Origin: a virus
Taxonomy: Duplodnaviria > Caudoviricetes
Virus record (IMG/VR): IMGVR_UViG_3300038393_001247
Span: 1-40,179 of that record
Length of the DNA: 40,179 nucleotides
Direction: 5' to 3' (one strand)
Below are positions 26,082 through 33,629 of the stretch, piece after piece. The position numbers and the translations under genes are program-made. The notes beneath the pieces were generated by a model. It did not search any database. It was not told the DNA's origin and saw nothing but the letters and a program-made list of their open reading frames with translations. Numbering within the stretch: position 1 is the stretch's first letter; each line of letters begins with the position of its first letter.

Positions 26082-27211
26082 CACGCGTACCCGCCTTCCA
26101 TAGGGGTGTTGCTGGGTGTTGCCGTGGACCCGGGCTCGGACTTCTTCGCGGCCCGCGACAGGGCCGTGCGGATGTGGTTTTCGGGGACGACCAGGCGCCG
26201 CGTGCGCTCCAGATGGGCGGCGATATCGCGGGCTGATGCGTCCTCGCCGAGGGCTGTTGCGGCCTCCTCGATCGCGCCCTGAAGGTTCACCGCGGGAAGC
26301 GCGTTGACCTGCTCCGCAACAGCCGCATCAGGGCGGGTCACTTCGTACTCCGGAGGCCGCTGGCCAAGGACCAGGGCGACCGCCACGGGGTCGACGGGGA
26401 CGCCGTAGGTGCCGAGTAGTTGCGCAAGCTCGGCGGGCGGCGCATCAGGTCGCGCATCGTGCGCGAGGCGGATCGCGTCGGCCGGGTCCATGTCGGCGAA
26501 CCGGGCGCGCAGCACCTCCGTGGCGGAGGCCGGCCGAGGGGGTGTGGTCGGCTGCGCCGTGGTGGCTGCGGGTGCCGCGCCGTACATGGTGGCGAGGGCC
26601 GCATCGGCGCCCTCGCGGACGCGGACGCGCTGCACGTCGACCAGGCCGGCGCCGAGCTCGGTGTCGCCCACGCCCACGTACCGGGCGAGGCGCCAGTACC
26701 GGCGCACGGCCCACTTGCGGCGGCGCTCGCCCGGGTGCCCGTCGGCGACGGCCCGGTTGAACGCCAACTGTCGGGCGACGTCCGCGTTGCGGCGCACCAC
26801 GTCTGCGTCAACGCCGGTGCGGTACACCACGATGCTGCGCGCGATCAGGCCCAACCCTTCGGCCGCACCGGACATGGCGAGCGGGGTGACCGCGTAGACG
26901 GCGGCCTCGCGGGCGTCGTTGGCGATCGTCAGGCCGATGCAGCTTGCGGACATGGGGGCGAGCCACATGCCGCCCCGCACTACGGCGGGCGAGGACTGCC
27001 CGAGCATGGTCCGCCCCAGCATGATGAGGGCAAGGATCAGGGTCAGGCCCTCCCCGGCGGCGACGACGCCGGCTGCGGTGGCTTGCCGGTGGAACTCGGA
27101 GACGGCGTTGGTGTAGGTGCCCCAGGCGCCGACGGCGCCGACGGCGACCATGACGACGGCGGCCGTGCCGAGCACCCAGGCTTGTCCCTTGGTGAGGTCG
27201 CGAGTGGTCAC
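26081..27211 (-). CDS. SpdB2-like multi-pass conjugal transfer/spread protein
   Basis: About four N-terminal TM helices, Ala/Pro-rich linker, C-terminal HTH-like segment; in the traB operon. Confidence 0.65.
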   Translation of the reverse strand: MTTRDLTKGQAWVLGTAAVVMVAVGAVGAWGTYTNAVSEFHRQATAAGVVAAGEGLTLILALIMLGRTMLGQSSPAVVRGGMWLAPMSASCIGLTIANDAREAAVYAVTPLAMSGAAEGLGLIARSIVVYRTGVDADVVRRNADVARQLAFNRAVADGHPGERRRKWAVRRYWRLARYVGVGDTELGAGLVDVQRVRVREGADAALATMYGAAPAATTAQPTTPPRPASATEVLRARFADMDPADAIRLAHDARPDAPPAELAQLLGTYGVPVDPVAVALVLGQRPPEYEVTRPDAAVAEQVNALPAVNLQGAIEEAATALGEDASARDIAAHLERTRRLVVPENHIRTALSRAAKKSEPGSTATPSNTPMEGGYA

Positions 27212-27690
27212 TGGCGCTCATCTCCGTGGCGGTTCTCCGCATGGCTGAGCTGGGACCGCTCGGTGCGGGGCGCATCGGTCAGCCACGGGAAGGGGCGGAT
27301 GCTGTCGGCGGCCTTGAAAACGCGGATGGCGGCGCCGTCCGGGGCATCTGGGAGGGCGTAGACGCGGCCGCCGTCGAGGGATGCGAGCAGGCGGGCGCCG
27401 TGGTGCTCGCAGCCGTTCGCGCCCGCGTTGGCGGCGTCCAGCACGGTGACCGCGGGGGGGCCGTCGCACGGGGTGGGGTCGCCGGGGTGGGCGGCGGGGC
27501 AGCGCTCGGCGTCCTGTCCCACGGCAGCGGCGGCGGCCTGGGAGGCGTCCGCGATGAGGTGGGCGTCGTCGCGGTGGTCCTGGGCGCGGCGGGCGGCGTT
27601 GCTCTCGTAGTCCTCGCGGCACAGGCGGTGCAGCTCGGCGAGGGTCGCCGAGGTTGCGGGCACAGACGGGCCCGCGGAATGATCGGTCAT
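27208..27690 (-). CDS. First gene of the transfer operon, Cys/His protein
   Basis: AGGAG RBS; RCPAAHPGDPTPCDG...GCEHHGARLLASL. Confidence 0.7.
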   Translation of the reverse strand: MTDHSAGPSVPATSATLAELHRLCREDYESNAARRAQDHRDDAHLIADASQAAAAAVGQDAERCPAAHPGDPTPCDGPPAVTVLDAANAGANGCEHHGARLLASLDGGRVYALPDAPDGAAIRVFKAADSIRPFPWLTDAPRTERSQLSHAENRHGDERQ

Positions 27691-27789
27691 GCCGACTCCT
27701 GCTCTGATCAGGATGTTCGGTAGAGGGCCGGGCGGGGCGATCGCCGTGGGGTGCGCCAACACCCAACAGCTGCCGTCCGGTCCTCGCTG

Positions 27790-28032
27790 CTATTCGGTTG
27801 TGGGGGCGTCCGGGTCGGGCGCCTTCTTTCGTTGGTCCCGCTTCAGCGCCTGGTCGACGGCTTGCCAGCTGCGATCAAGCGCGCGGGCCACTTCGGCGAC
27901 GGTGCCGAGTTCAGTGACACCGTCGCGTAGGGCTTGCGCCCGTCGGGAGGCGGCCTCGGATACGGCTTGGTTGAGCTGCGCCAACAGCTCTTCCTCGGCG
28001 TAGACCCGATCCCGCCAGGGCTTCGGTTTCAT
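27790..28032 (-). CDS. Small HTH repressor of the transfer cassette (Kor-like)
   Basis: 80 aa; coiled coil then GTVAEVARALDRSWQAVDQAL HTH. Confidence 0.7.
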   Translation of the reverse strand: MKPKPWRDRVYAEEELLAQLNQAVSEAASRRAQALRDGVTELGTVAEVARALDRSWQAVDQALKRDQRKKAPDPDAPTTE

Positions 28033-28039
28033 CCCCTCG

Positions 28040-28068
28040 ACTCTATCCAATAGGGGTGTTGGACGCAA
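28040..28068 (-). promoter_or_regulatory. HrdB-type promoter with palindromic operator; likely leaderless mRNA
   Basis: TTGCGT-17bp-TAGAGT, 7 nt before ATG; TCCAA-N8-TTGGA spans the spacer. Confidence 0.65.
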
Positions 28069-28073
28069 GCGGT

Positions 28074-28694
28074 TCATGCGGTTACCGGCTGGTAGTGCAG
28101 CAGCAGAAGCAGGTCCTGCTGCCCCTCGTACACGCAGCGGCAGGTCCGGCACACCAGCTTCGACTCCCCCGCCCGGTGCGTGATCTCCGCCCCGCACACG
28201 GTGCCCTGGTCATCGACGACGGCGATGCACTGGCCGACCACCTTGCGCCGGGGCACCGGATCCCCGACGATCGCCCGCGCCTGCTGCTCGAGGGCGCGCA
28301 CCTCGCGCGCCATGTCGTCAACGGCCGCGTAGTGGGCGGCGATCCAGTCCAGTTCCATCGCCAGCCACCGGCAGTCAGCGTCCAAGCCGTCCTGGGGTGG
28401 CGCGCCGTGGCGCGGCCACCGCTCGCGCTGTACGTCCACTCTCCACAGGTGCATCACCTCGCCGGCGCGGGCCATGTTCACCGTGTCAAGGACGTCTTCG
28501 TCGATCGGGGACCGCGGGCCGGCCGCGCCCTTCGTCGAGACGATCTCGCCCCAGCCGGAGCGGCGCGGTACCAGGCACTGGGCGACCTCGGCGTACAGCA
28601 CGGGCAGTTCGTCGAGGCGCTTGGCGAGCTCGGTGGTGTGGCGCCCGCACAGGTAGGCCGGTCCCGCCTCGGTGCCGCACAGGCCGCAGCTCAT
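28074..28694 (-). CDS. Zn-finger phage regulator (late-activator type) without a C-terminal HTH
   Basis: CGLC..LCGRH N-terminus; GQC..CGAEI..VCRTC C-terminus; last gene of the early block. Confidence 0.7.
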   Translation of the reverse strand: MSCGLCGTEAGPAYLCGRHTTELAKRLDELPVLYAEVAQCLVPRRSGWGEIVSTKGAAGPRSPIDEDVLDTVNMARAGEVMHLWRVDVQRERWPRHGAPPQDGLDADCRWLAMELDWIAAHYAAVDDMAREVRALEQQARAIVGDPVPRRKVVGQCIAVVDDQGTVCGAEITHRAGESKLVCRTCRCVYEGQQDLLLLLHYQPVTA

Positions 28695-29752
28695 GCCGGC
28701 TTCCCGCCGCCCTGCGCCAGCTCGGCCGTCCAGTCGGCGATGTGCGCGTACTTCTCGTCGGTGGTGTGGCCGTCCCACTGGGCGCGAGGATCGGCGACGT
28801 CCACGCGCTCGATGTGCCGGAGCAGCTCGACGTCCCGGGGTGCGATGTGCCAGGACATCTGCCGTCCGGCGGCGTTGAGGTACAGCAGGTGCCAACCGTC
28901 CTCGTCGTCGATGTCGAGGGCCGGGGCGAGCACGGCGCTGTCCGCCATCGTGGCGAGCAGGGCGAGGAGCTGCGCGCGCTCGCGGTATGCGCCGTCGCGC
29001 TCGGCCGCGGTTTGCTCGGCTGCTTGCTCGGCGGCGCTCTCTCGGTCGATCGCGTCGTTCGCTCGCTTGTTCTCGTCGATGATGAGGTCCCGCATGCGCT
29101 CCTGCTCGGCGACCGCTGCGGCGCGTTCGGCCTCGGACCGGTTGGACGTGTCATGTGCCGAGCTGAGCAGCTCCTCGGCCTGCTCGGCACGGCTGCGCAG
29201 ATGGTCGCGCGCGTTCTCGGACCGGGTCAGCTCGGCGCGCGCGGTGTCGGCCTCGCCGATCTCGGTCTCGACGTGCTGCCGGAGGAGAGCGCCCTCGTCG
29301 GGTGTCAGGACTCCGCGCCCGGCTCGCGAGAGCAGAACCAGGAGGCTGTCTCGGCGGGCGCTGCGCAGGGCCTCCTCGTCCACGGCCACCGCCGGGTAGT
29401 GCAGAGCGCAAGTCCCGTCGCCGTAGCCGATGCCAGCGCAGGTGCAACGCGGCTCGGGGATGGACTGGTCCCGCGTGCCACGCATCAGCCAGGCAGCGTC
29501 GGTGCTCTCAGGAGCGGTCGCGGGCGCCGCCTGCTGCTCGGCCCGGTCGATGAGGATCTGCACGTAGGTGCGCGCCTTGCACAGGTCCTCGACGCCGTTC
29601 TTCTTCCGCCACCGCAGCAGGTACTTGATCGCGTTTCCCTCGTAGAAGTCGAGGCCGAAGGCGTTGATGACGTCGAAGGGCTGCAGGCCGTCACCGCGAT
29701 AGTGGTCGGGTGTCCAACCGGCAGGGCCGAAGGCGGTGGTCTTGTCGTTCAT
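28691..29752 (-). CDS. DUF3310 (T7 gp1.7-like) + coiled coil + WDGH domain fusion
   Basis: PDHY...GNAIKYLLRWRKKNGVEDLCKA N-terminus; YRERAQLLA...QMSWH...WDGHTT C-terminus. Confidence 0.75.
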   Translation of the reverse strand: MNDKTTAFGPAGWTPDHYRGDGLQPFDVINAFGLDFYEGNAIKYLLRWRKKNGVEDLCKARTYVQILIDRAEQQAAPATAPESTDAAWLMRGTRDQSIPEPRCTCAGIGYGDGTCALHYPAVAVDEEALRSARRDSLLVLLSRAGRGVLTPDEGALLRQHVETEIGEADTARAELTRSENARDHLRSRAEQAEELLSSAHDTSNRSEAERAAAVAEQERMRDLIIDENKRANDAIDRESAAEQAAEQTAAERDGAYRERAQLLALLATMADSAVLAPALDIDDEDGWHLLYLNAAGRQMSWHIAPRDVELLRHIERVDVADPRAQWDGHTTDEKYAHIADWTAELAQGGGKPA

Positions 29753-30045
29753 CAGAGCAGGGCTCCTGTCGGTACGTCGGTGATGGGCTGGGTGTCGTCG
29801 TCCTCGTCCGGCTCGTCGTCCCAGATCTCGAAGGCGAGTTGGGTGGGGCTGCGGACGGGTACGGCCAGCGGGTGCGTGGCTGCGACTGGTGTGCGGATGC
29901 GGCGGGGGCGAGGTGCCAGGAGGTTCTGTAGGCGCTTGCGGCAGACGGGTCCGAGGCGGAGCCGCTGGGACTCGTCGTCGCGCAGCTCGCGCCCGCACGC
30001 CATGCATGTCGGCGCCTCTCCGGTCGCTCCGTCCCCGCCCGTCAC
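29752..30045 (-). CDS. DUF6011-like Zn-finger protein
   Basis: CMACGRELRDDESQRLRLGPVC. Confidence 0.75.
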   Translation of the reverse strand: MTGGDGATGEAPTCMACGRELRDDESQRLRLGPVCRKRLQNLLAPRPRRIRTPVAATHPLAVPVRSPTQLAFEIWDDEPDEDDDTQPITDVPTGALL

Positions 30046-30242
30046 GCTGCTGCCTCGCTGTCGGTGCCGCGCCGGCGCCTACGCGGCGGGTGCTTCCGGT
30101 AGTTGCGGGCGCCGACCGCGCGGCACAGGTCGTCCCAGTGGCGGTCCTGCTCCTGCTCTGTCCACAAGCTGTGGGTGCCGTCGGAGCGTTCGGGCCGGAC
30201 GGGGATGGCTTCCTGCAGGAGGCGCTCGAGGGGCGTCGTCAT
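30042..30242 (-). CDS. Hypothetical protein
   Basis: ATGA/GTGA coupled; WTEQEQDRHWDDL. Confidence 0.65.
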   Translation of the reverse strand: MTTPLERLLQEAIPVRPERSDGTHSLWTEQEQDRHWDDLCRAVGARNYRKHPPRRRRRGTDSEAAA

Positions 30243-30550
30243 GCGAGGGTCACCTGGGCTTCCTCAATGCGGCGGGGGTGTACGTCGGCGCGGGCGCGGC
30301 CGTCGTCGTGGCAGGGGATACCGGGCTGGACCTGGCATTCGGGGCAGCAGGCGATGGTCTTGGCCCACAGGCTGATGCGGGAGTCGTGCGGCTTGGCGAG
30401 TACGCGGCCGTTGACGCGGACGATGCACGACTGGTGTGCGCGGGCACGGCAGTGCTCGTTCGGGCATGGGACGGATCGGGCGGGGTGTGCGCGGGCGCGG
30501 AAGGCGTGGCGGATGCTGGCGGGCATCGGGGCGCCCTGGTGGTGGCCCAT
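30239..30550 (-). CDS. Double zinc-finger protein
   Basis: Two C-x2-4-C...C...H-xx-R repeats. Confidence 0.7.
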   Translation of the reverse strand: MGHHQGAPMPASIRHAFRARAHPARSVPCPNEHCRARAHQSCIVRVNGRVLAKPHDSRISLWAKTIACCPECQVQPGIPCHDDGRARADVHPRRIEEAQVTLA

Positions 30551-30553
30551 CGG

Positions 30554-30859
30554 TCATGCCTCCCTCGCGCGCCGCTCGCGGCTGGCACGGGTGCACGCGT
30601 TCCGCCACGCGCCGCGGTATCGGTCGCGTTCCTTCGTCAGCGCGCGGATCTCGGCACCCAAGTTCGAGATCGCCTGAGCGGCGAGGGTGGGCCCCTTGAC
30701 GAGCGTGATCACCTCGCGCGCAAGCGCCAGGTACTGGCGTCGCAGCGAGGAGGCCGCTCGCTCCCAGGATTCTTCGTCAACGATCCAGCCGTCCTTGTCG
30801 GCAAGCAGGGCCGCGACGCGCTCTTCGATGTCGGCATGCGGGTTGCGGTACTGGGTCAT
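30554..30859 (-). CDS. Hypothetical coiled-coil protein
   Basis: ATGA overlap with the initiator stop; ERDRYRGAW motif. Confidence 0.65.
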   Translation of the reverse strand: MTQYRNPHADIEERVAALLADKDGWIVDEESWERAASSLRRQYLALAREVITLVKGPTLAAQAISNLGAEIRALTKERDRYRGAWRNACTRASRERRAREA

Positions 30860-31728
30860 GCGCTCTTCCGTTCGCGATCGGTGGCGTACTGCTGGCATCC
30901 CTCGCAGAGGCCGGTGGCGCCGTAGGGCAGTTGGATGCCGCACTCGGGGTCTACGCACCGGGCGAGGGGCTCGCGGGCGCGGACCGCGGCGAGCGCCGCG
31001 TCGCGCGGCTTGGCCGCGTCTCCTGCACCCGTCGATGACTCGTCTTTGCCGGCCTCGCCCGCGCGCGGCTGTGGCTGAGGTTCAAGGCCAGCCAGAGTGT
31101 GGTCGGGGAGGGGGTCCCTACCGGAGGTAGGGCTGTACTGGTAGACCCCCGCCGCGGACGCTGTCCGGAACGCGTCCGTGGACGCTGTCCGTGGGCGTCC
31201 ATGGACGCTGTCCGGAACCTCACTGGGGGGCTCGGAACCCCCGCCGCGGACGCTGTCCGGAACGCGTCCACGGACGCTGTCCGAGGGGTTTTCCACAGCG
31301 TCCATGGACGCTGTCCGGGTCACCTCGGCGATGCGCTCGGCCTTGTTCCTGGCGTGGGCCTTGCGCTGCCGGGTGTCCGTCATGTGATGAATGTGCTTCT
31401 CCCAGTCCAGGCCCTTGGACCCGATCGGGATCAGGAGCTGGTACATGGACGAGGCGTTCGGCCGGCGCCGACGCTCGAGGACACCGACGCCCATGAGGAC
31501 CTTCACGGCGCGCGTGACGGTCTCCTGCGAGCACCCGGACAGGGTGGCGAGGGTGTCTCGGCCGGGGAAGGCGTTGCTGCCGTCGGCGTCCGCGTAGGTG
31601 GCGATCCACATGCCCACCGTCACGACGCGCGCCACTTCGGGGATGCGCCGGCCGACGCGCAGGACCTCGGCCCTAAGGGCGTTGGTCCACGCGTTGCGGA
31701 CGGACTGCACGCGGTCGTCGGTGCTCAA
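30856..31728 (-). CDS. Phage replication initiator (N-terminal HTH_36-like, internal iterons)
   Basis: IATYADADGSNAFPGRDTLATLSGCSQETVTRAV; TTG start inferred; DNA repeats in the 3' half of the gene. Confidence 0.75.
   Translation of the reverse strand: MSTDDRVQSVRNAWTNALRAEVLRVGRRIPEVARVVTVGMWIATYADADGSNAFPGRDTLATLSGCSQETVTRAVKVLMGVGVLERRRRPNASSMYQLLIPIGSKGLDWEKHIHHMTDTRQRKAHARNKAERIAEVTRTASMDAVENPSDSVRGRVPDSVRGGGSEPPSEVPDSVHGRPRTASTDAFRTASAAGVYQYSPTSGRDPLPDHTLAGLEPQPQPRAGEAGKDESSTGAGDAAKPRDAALAAVRAREPLARCVDPECGIQLPYGATGLCEGCQQYATDRERKSA
31145..31317. repeat. Iteron array / putative replication origin
   Basis: Six exact GGACGCTGTCCG at 31156, 31180, 31203, 31248, 31272 and 31306. Confidence 0.8.
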
Positions 31729-31750
31729 CTCGGCTCTTCTCTCAGTTCGT

Positions 31751-32560
31751 TCAGGCGCGGGAGGCGGACAGTGCGTGGGCGGTGTTGCGCAGGCGGCGCC
31801 TTTCGGCGGCGGCCTGGCACGGCGGGCACAGCGGGATCTCGTGTTCCTCGTGGGCGGTGACGCCGCGGACCGTTCCGCAGTGGCCCGTCCAATCCGGGTA
31901 GGCGGCCGGGTCGTCGATGGTCTCCTCGTCCCACGCGCCGACGGGGGCCCATCCGGCGCCTGCCGCGCGGGCCTTGGTCCTGCTGACGTCGTCCCCGTGG
32001 GCTCCGTGTTCGGCAGGGTCGATGTTCCACAGCCGGTCGTAAAGGTCACGCACGCGGCGGGCCGTGCTCACGATCACGGCGCCCGCGTTGATCAGCCGAG
32101 ACAGGTTGGTTGACGACATGCCCAGCTCGACGGCCAAACGCTCCTGTGACCACCCGGCGGCGACGAGGGCCTGGAGGCGGCGGACGCTTCCGATGGCGCT
32201 GATGATGACCGCGCCGCCCAGGTTGTCGAGTGTGGGCTCGACGGCCAGGACGGCGGCGGCGAGCGCGGGCCTGAGTTTCTCCTGCGGGCCGGTGCCGCGT
32301 TCGGGGCGGCCGTTGAGGATGGACTGCAATCTCTTGCGGTCCACGCCTGCGGCGGCCGCGATGGCGCGCAGCCCCATGCCGCAGGACTGCAGATGCCGGA
32401 GGTGGACGCGTACCGGCTCGGCGGAGACCCAGGGCTGCCAGGTACCGGCGACGATGGCCTTGTCGCGGTTCTCGTTGTACTTGCTGACGGCGTAGCCGCA
32501 CACGTAGCAGCGGCAGCCGTCGAGGCGGTAACGGGCGTAGCCGTGCGAGCGGTCGCTCAT
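31751..32560 (-). CDS. Double-HTH DNA-binding protein with Cys/His clusters
   Basis: HGYARY..GCRC..C; GMGLRAIAAAAGV; RRLQALVAAGWSQERLAVELG; CGT...H...CPPC. Confidence 0.8.
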   Translation of the reverse strand: MSDRSHGYARYRLDGCRCYVCGYAVSKYNENRDKAIVAGTWQPWVSAEPVRVHLRHLQSCGMGLRAIAAAAGVDRKRLQSILNGRPERGTGPQEKLRPALAAAVLAVEPTLDNLGGAVIISAIGSVRRLQALVAAGWSQERLAVELGMSSTNLSRLINAGAVIVSTARRVRDLYDRLWNIDPAEHGAHGDDVSRTKARAAGAGWAPVGAWDEETIDDPAAYPDWTGHCGTVRGVTAHEEHEIPLCPPCQAAAERRRLRNTAHALSASRA

Positions 32561-32859
32561 GCCGACTCGCCCTCCTGGCGCTCGTCGTGGATGGCGGCAT
32601 GCAGCCGGGCAAGGCCGGCCTTCACCTCCGGGTCGTTCGCCACGAAGTTGTCGAGGTGCGCGTCGAGGTCCTCGAGGAGGCGAAGGCTGTCCGGCCCCAC
32701 GTCGTGCTCGTCCTCGATGTCGAGGCCGACTCGTGCCCGTGCGGCGGTGACGCGCTCGGCCTCGGTGGTCTTGGGCTCCCAGCAGAGACAGACGAGAATC
32801 ACGCCGAGGATCGCGATGAATGCCGCGTAGGCGATGTTGGCGATGGTGTTGCCGCTCAT
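32557..32859 (-). CDS. Membrane-anchored hypothetical protein
   Basis: N-terminal TM helix; ATGA coupling at both ends. Confidence 0.7.
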   Translation of the reverse strand: MSGNTIANIAYAAFIAILGVILVCLCWEPKTTEAERVTAARARVGLDIEDEHDVGPDSLRLLEDLDAHLDNFVANDPEVKAGLARLHAAIHDERQEGESA

Positions 32860-33224
32860 GCCGCACTCCGGCGGTACTCGGCGGTGCCCTGCCAGGTGCG
32901 GCAGATGGACGAGTGCACGGTGGCCCGCTTCGACTTGGCGTAGCCGCGCGCCTCGATGACGCCGGCCGCCGCAGCGCGCAGGAATGCAGGCCCCCACCGG
33001 TTGGGGCTGTCGGGCTCGTCGACGAGGCCCTCGATGATGAGGTCGGCGGCCTGGAACTCGACGCCGCGGCGCGCCATCTCCTCGATGGCGGCGGCGCACT
33101 CGTCGGCCCACTCGGTGGGCGTGTTGGCCTGGGCGAGGGCCATGCCATCGGCCTTCGCCGCCTCCCCGGCGGCCGGGTCGATGACACCCTCGACGGGCTC
33201 CGAGAACTGCAGCTGCTCGGTCAT
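32856..33224 (-). CDS. Hypothetical phage protein
   Basis: Coupled ORF, typical codon bias, PNRWGPAF motif. Confidence 0.75.
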   Translation of the reverse strand: MTEQLQFSEPVEGVIDPAAGEAAKADGMALAQANTPTEWADECAAAIEEMARRGVEFQAADLIIEGLVDEPDSPNRWGPAFLRAAAAGVIEARGYAKSKRATVHSSICRTWQGTAEYRRSAA

Positions 33225-33511
33225 CGCGTACCGCCCAGTTCCGGGTAGGCGCGGACGGAGAGCGAGCGGCAGGGCTCACGCAGGCACATGTCGGCGAAGA
33301 GCGGCTGGTCCGGGTGGGCCTGTTGGTGCAGGGCGTTGAGGGCGTTGTGGAGCTCTCCAGCAGCGCCGTGGGGGTCTCCCGCGCAGCTGTCGGCGCGGTG
33401 CAAGCCGAGGTCGCCGAGTTCGTCGTCGTCGGAGTCGGCGAGGTAGTCGCCGATGTCCACCTCGACGTCGGTCGTGACGGTCACGTAGCGGCTGGCGCGG
33501 CGGGTCTTCAT
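33221..33511 (-). CDS. Hypothetical protein
   Basis: GGAG RBS; coupled to the next gene. Confidence 0.7.
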   Translation of the reverse strand: MKTRRASRYVTVTTDVEVDIGDYLADSDDDELGDLGLHRADSCAGDPHGAAGELHNALNALHQQAHPDQPLFADMCLREPCRSLSVRAYPELGGTR

Positions 33512-33629
33512 GAGTACTCCAAGAGGTGTGGGGTGCCAGGGCCCGCCCGTTGGGGGGAAGTCGTGGGCGGGCCCTGGCTGGCCGTGCGGAGCCCTGAACG
33601 GGGGAGGCTCGGCGCGGCCGGACAGGTGG

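Noticed and set aside
22873-28070. Independent nested AICE or plasmid
   Set aside because: No own integrase, Rep or flanking direct repeats were seen; the cassette is co-oriented and embedded in the phage gene order
31145-31317. CRISPR array
   Set aside because: Repeats are 12 bp with short irregular spacers, lie inside a coding gene, and no cas genes are present
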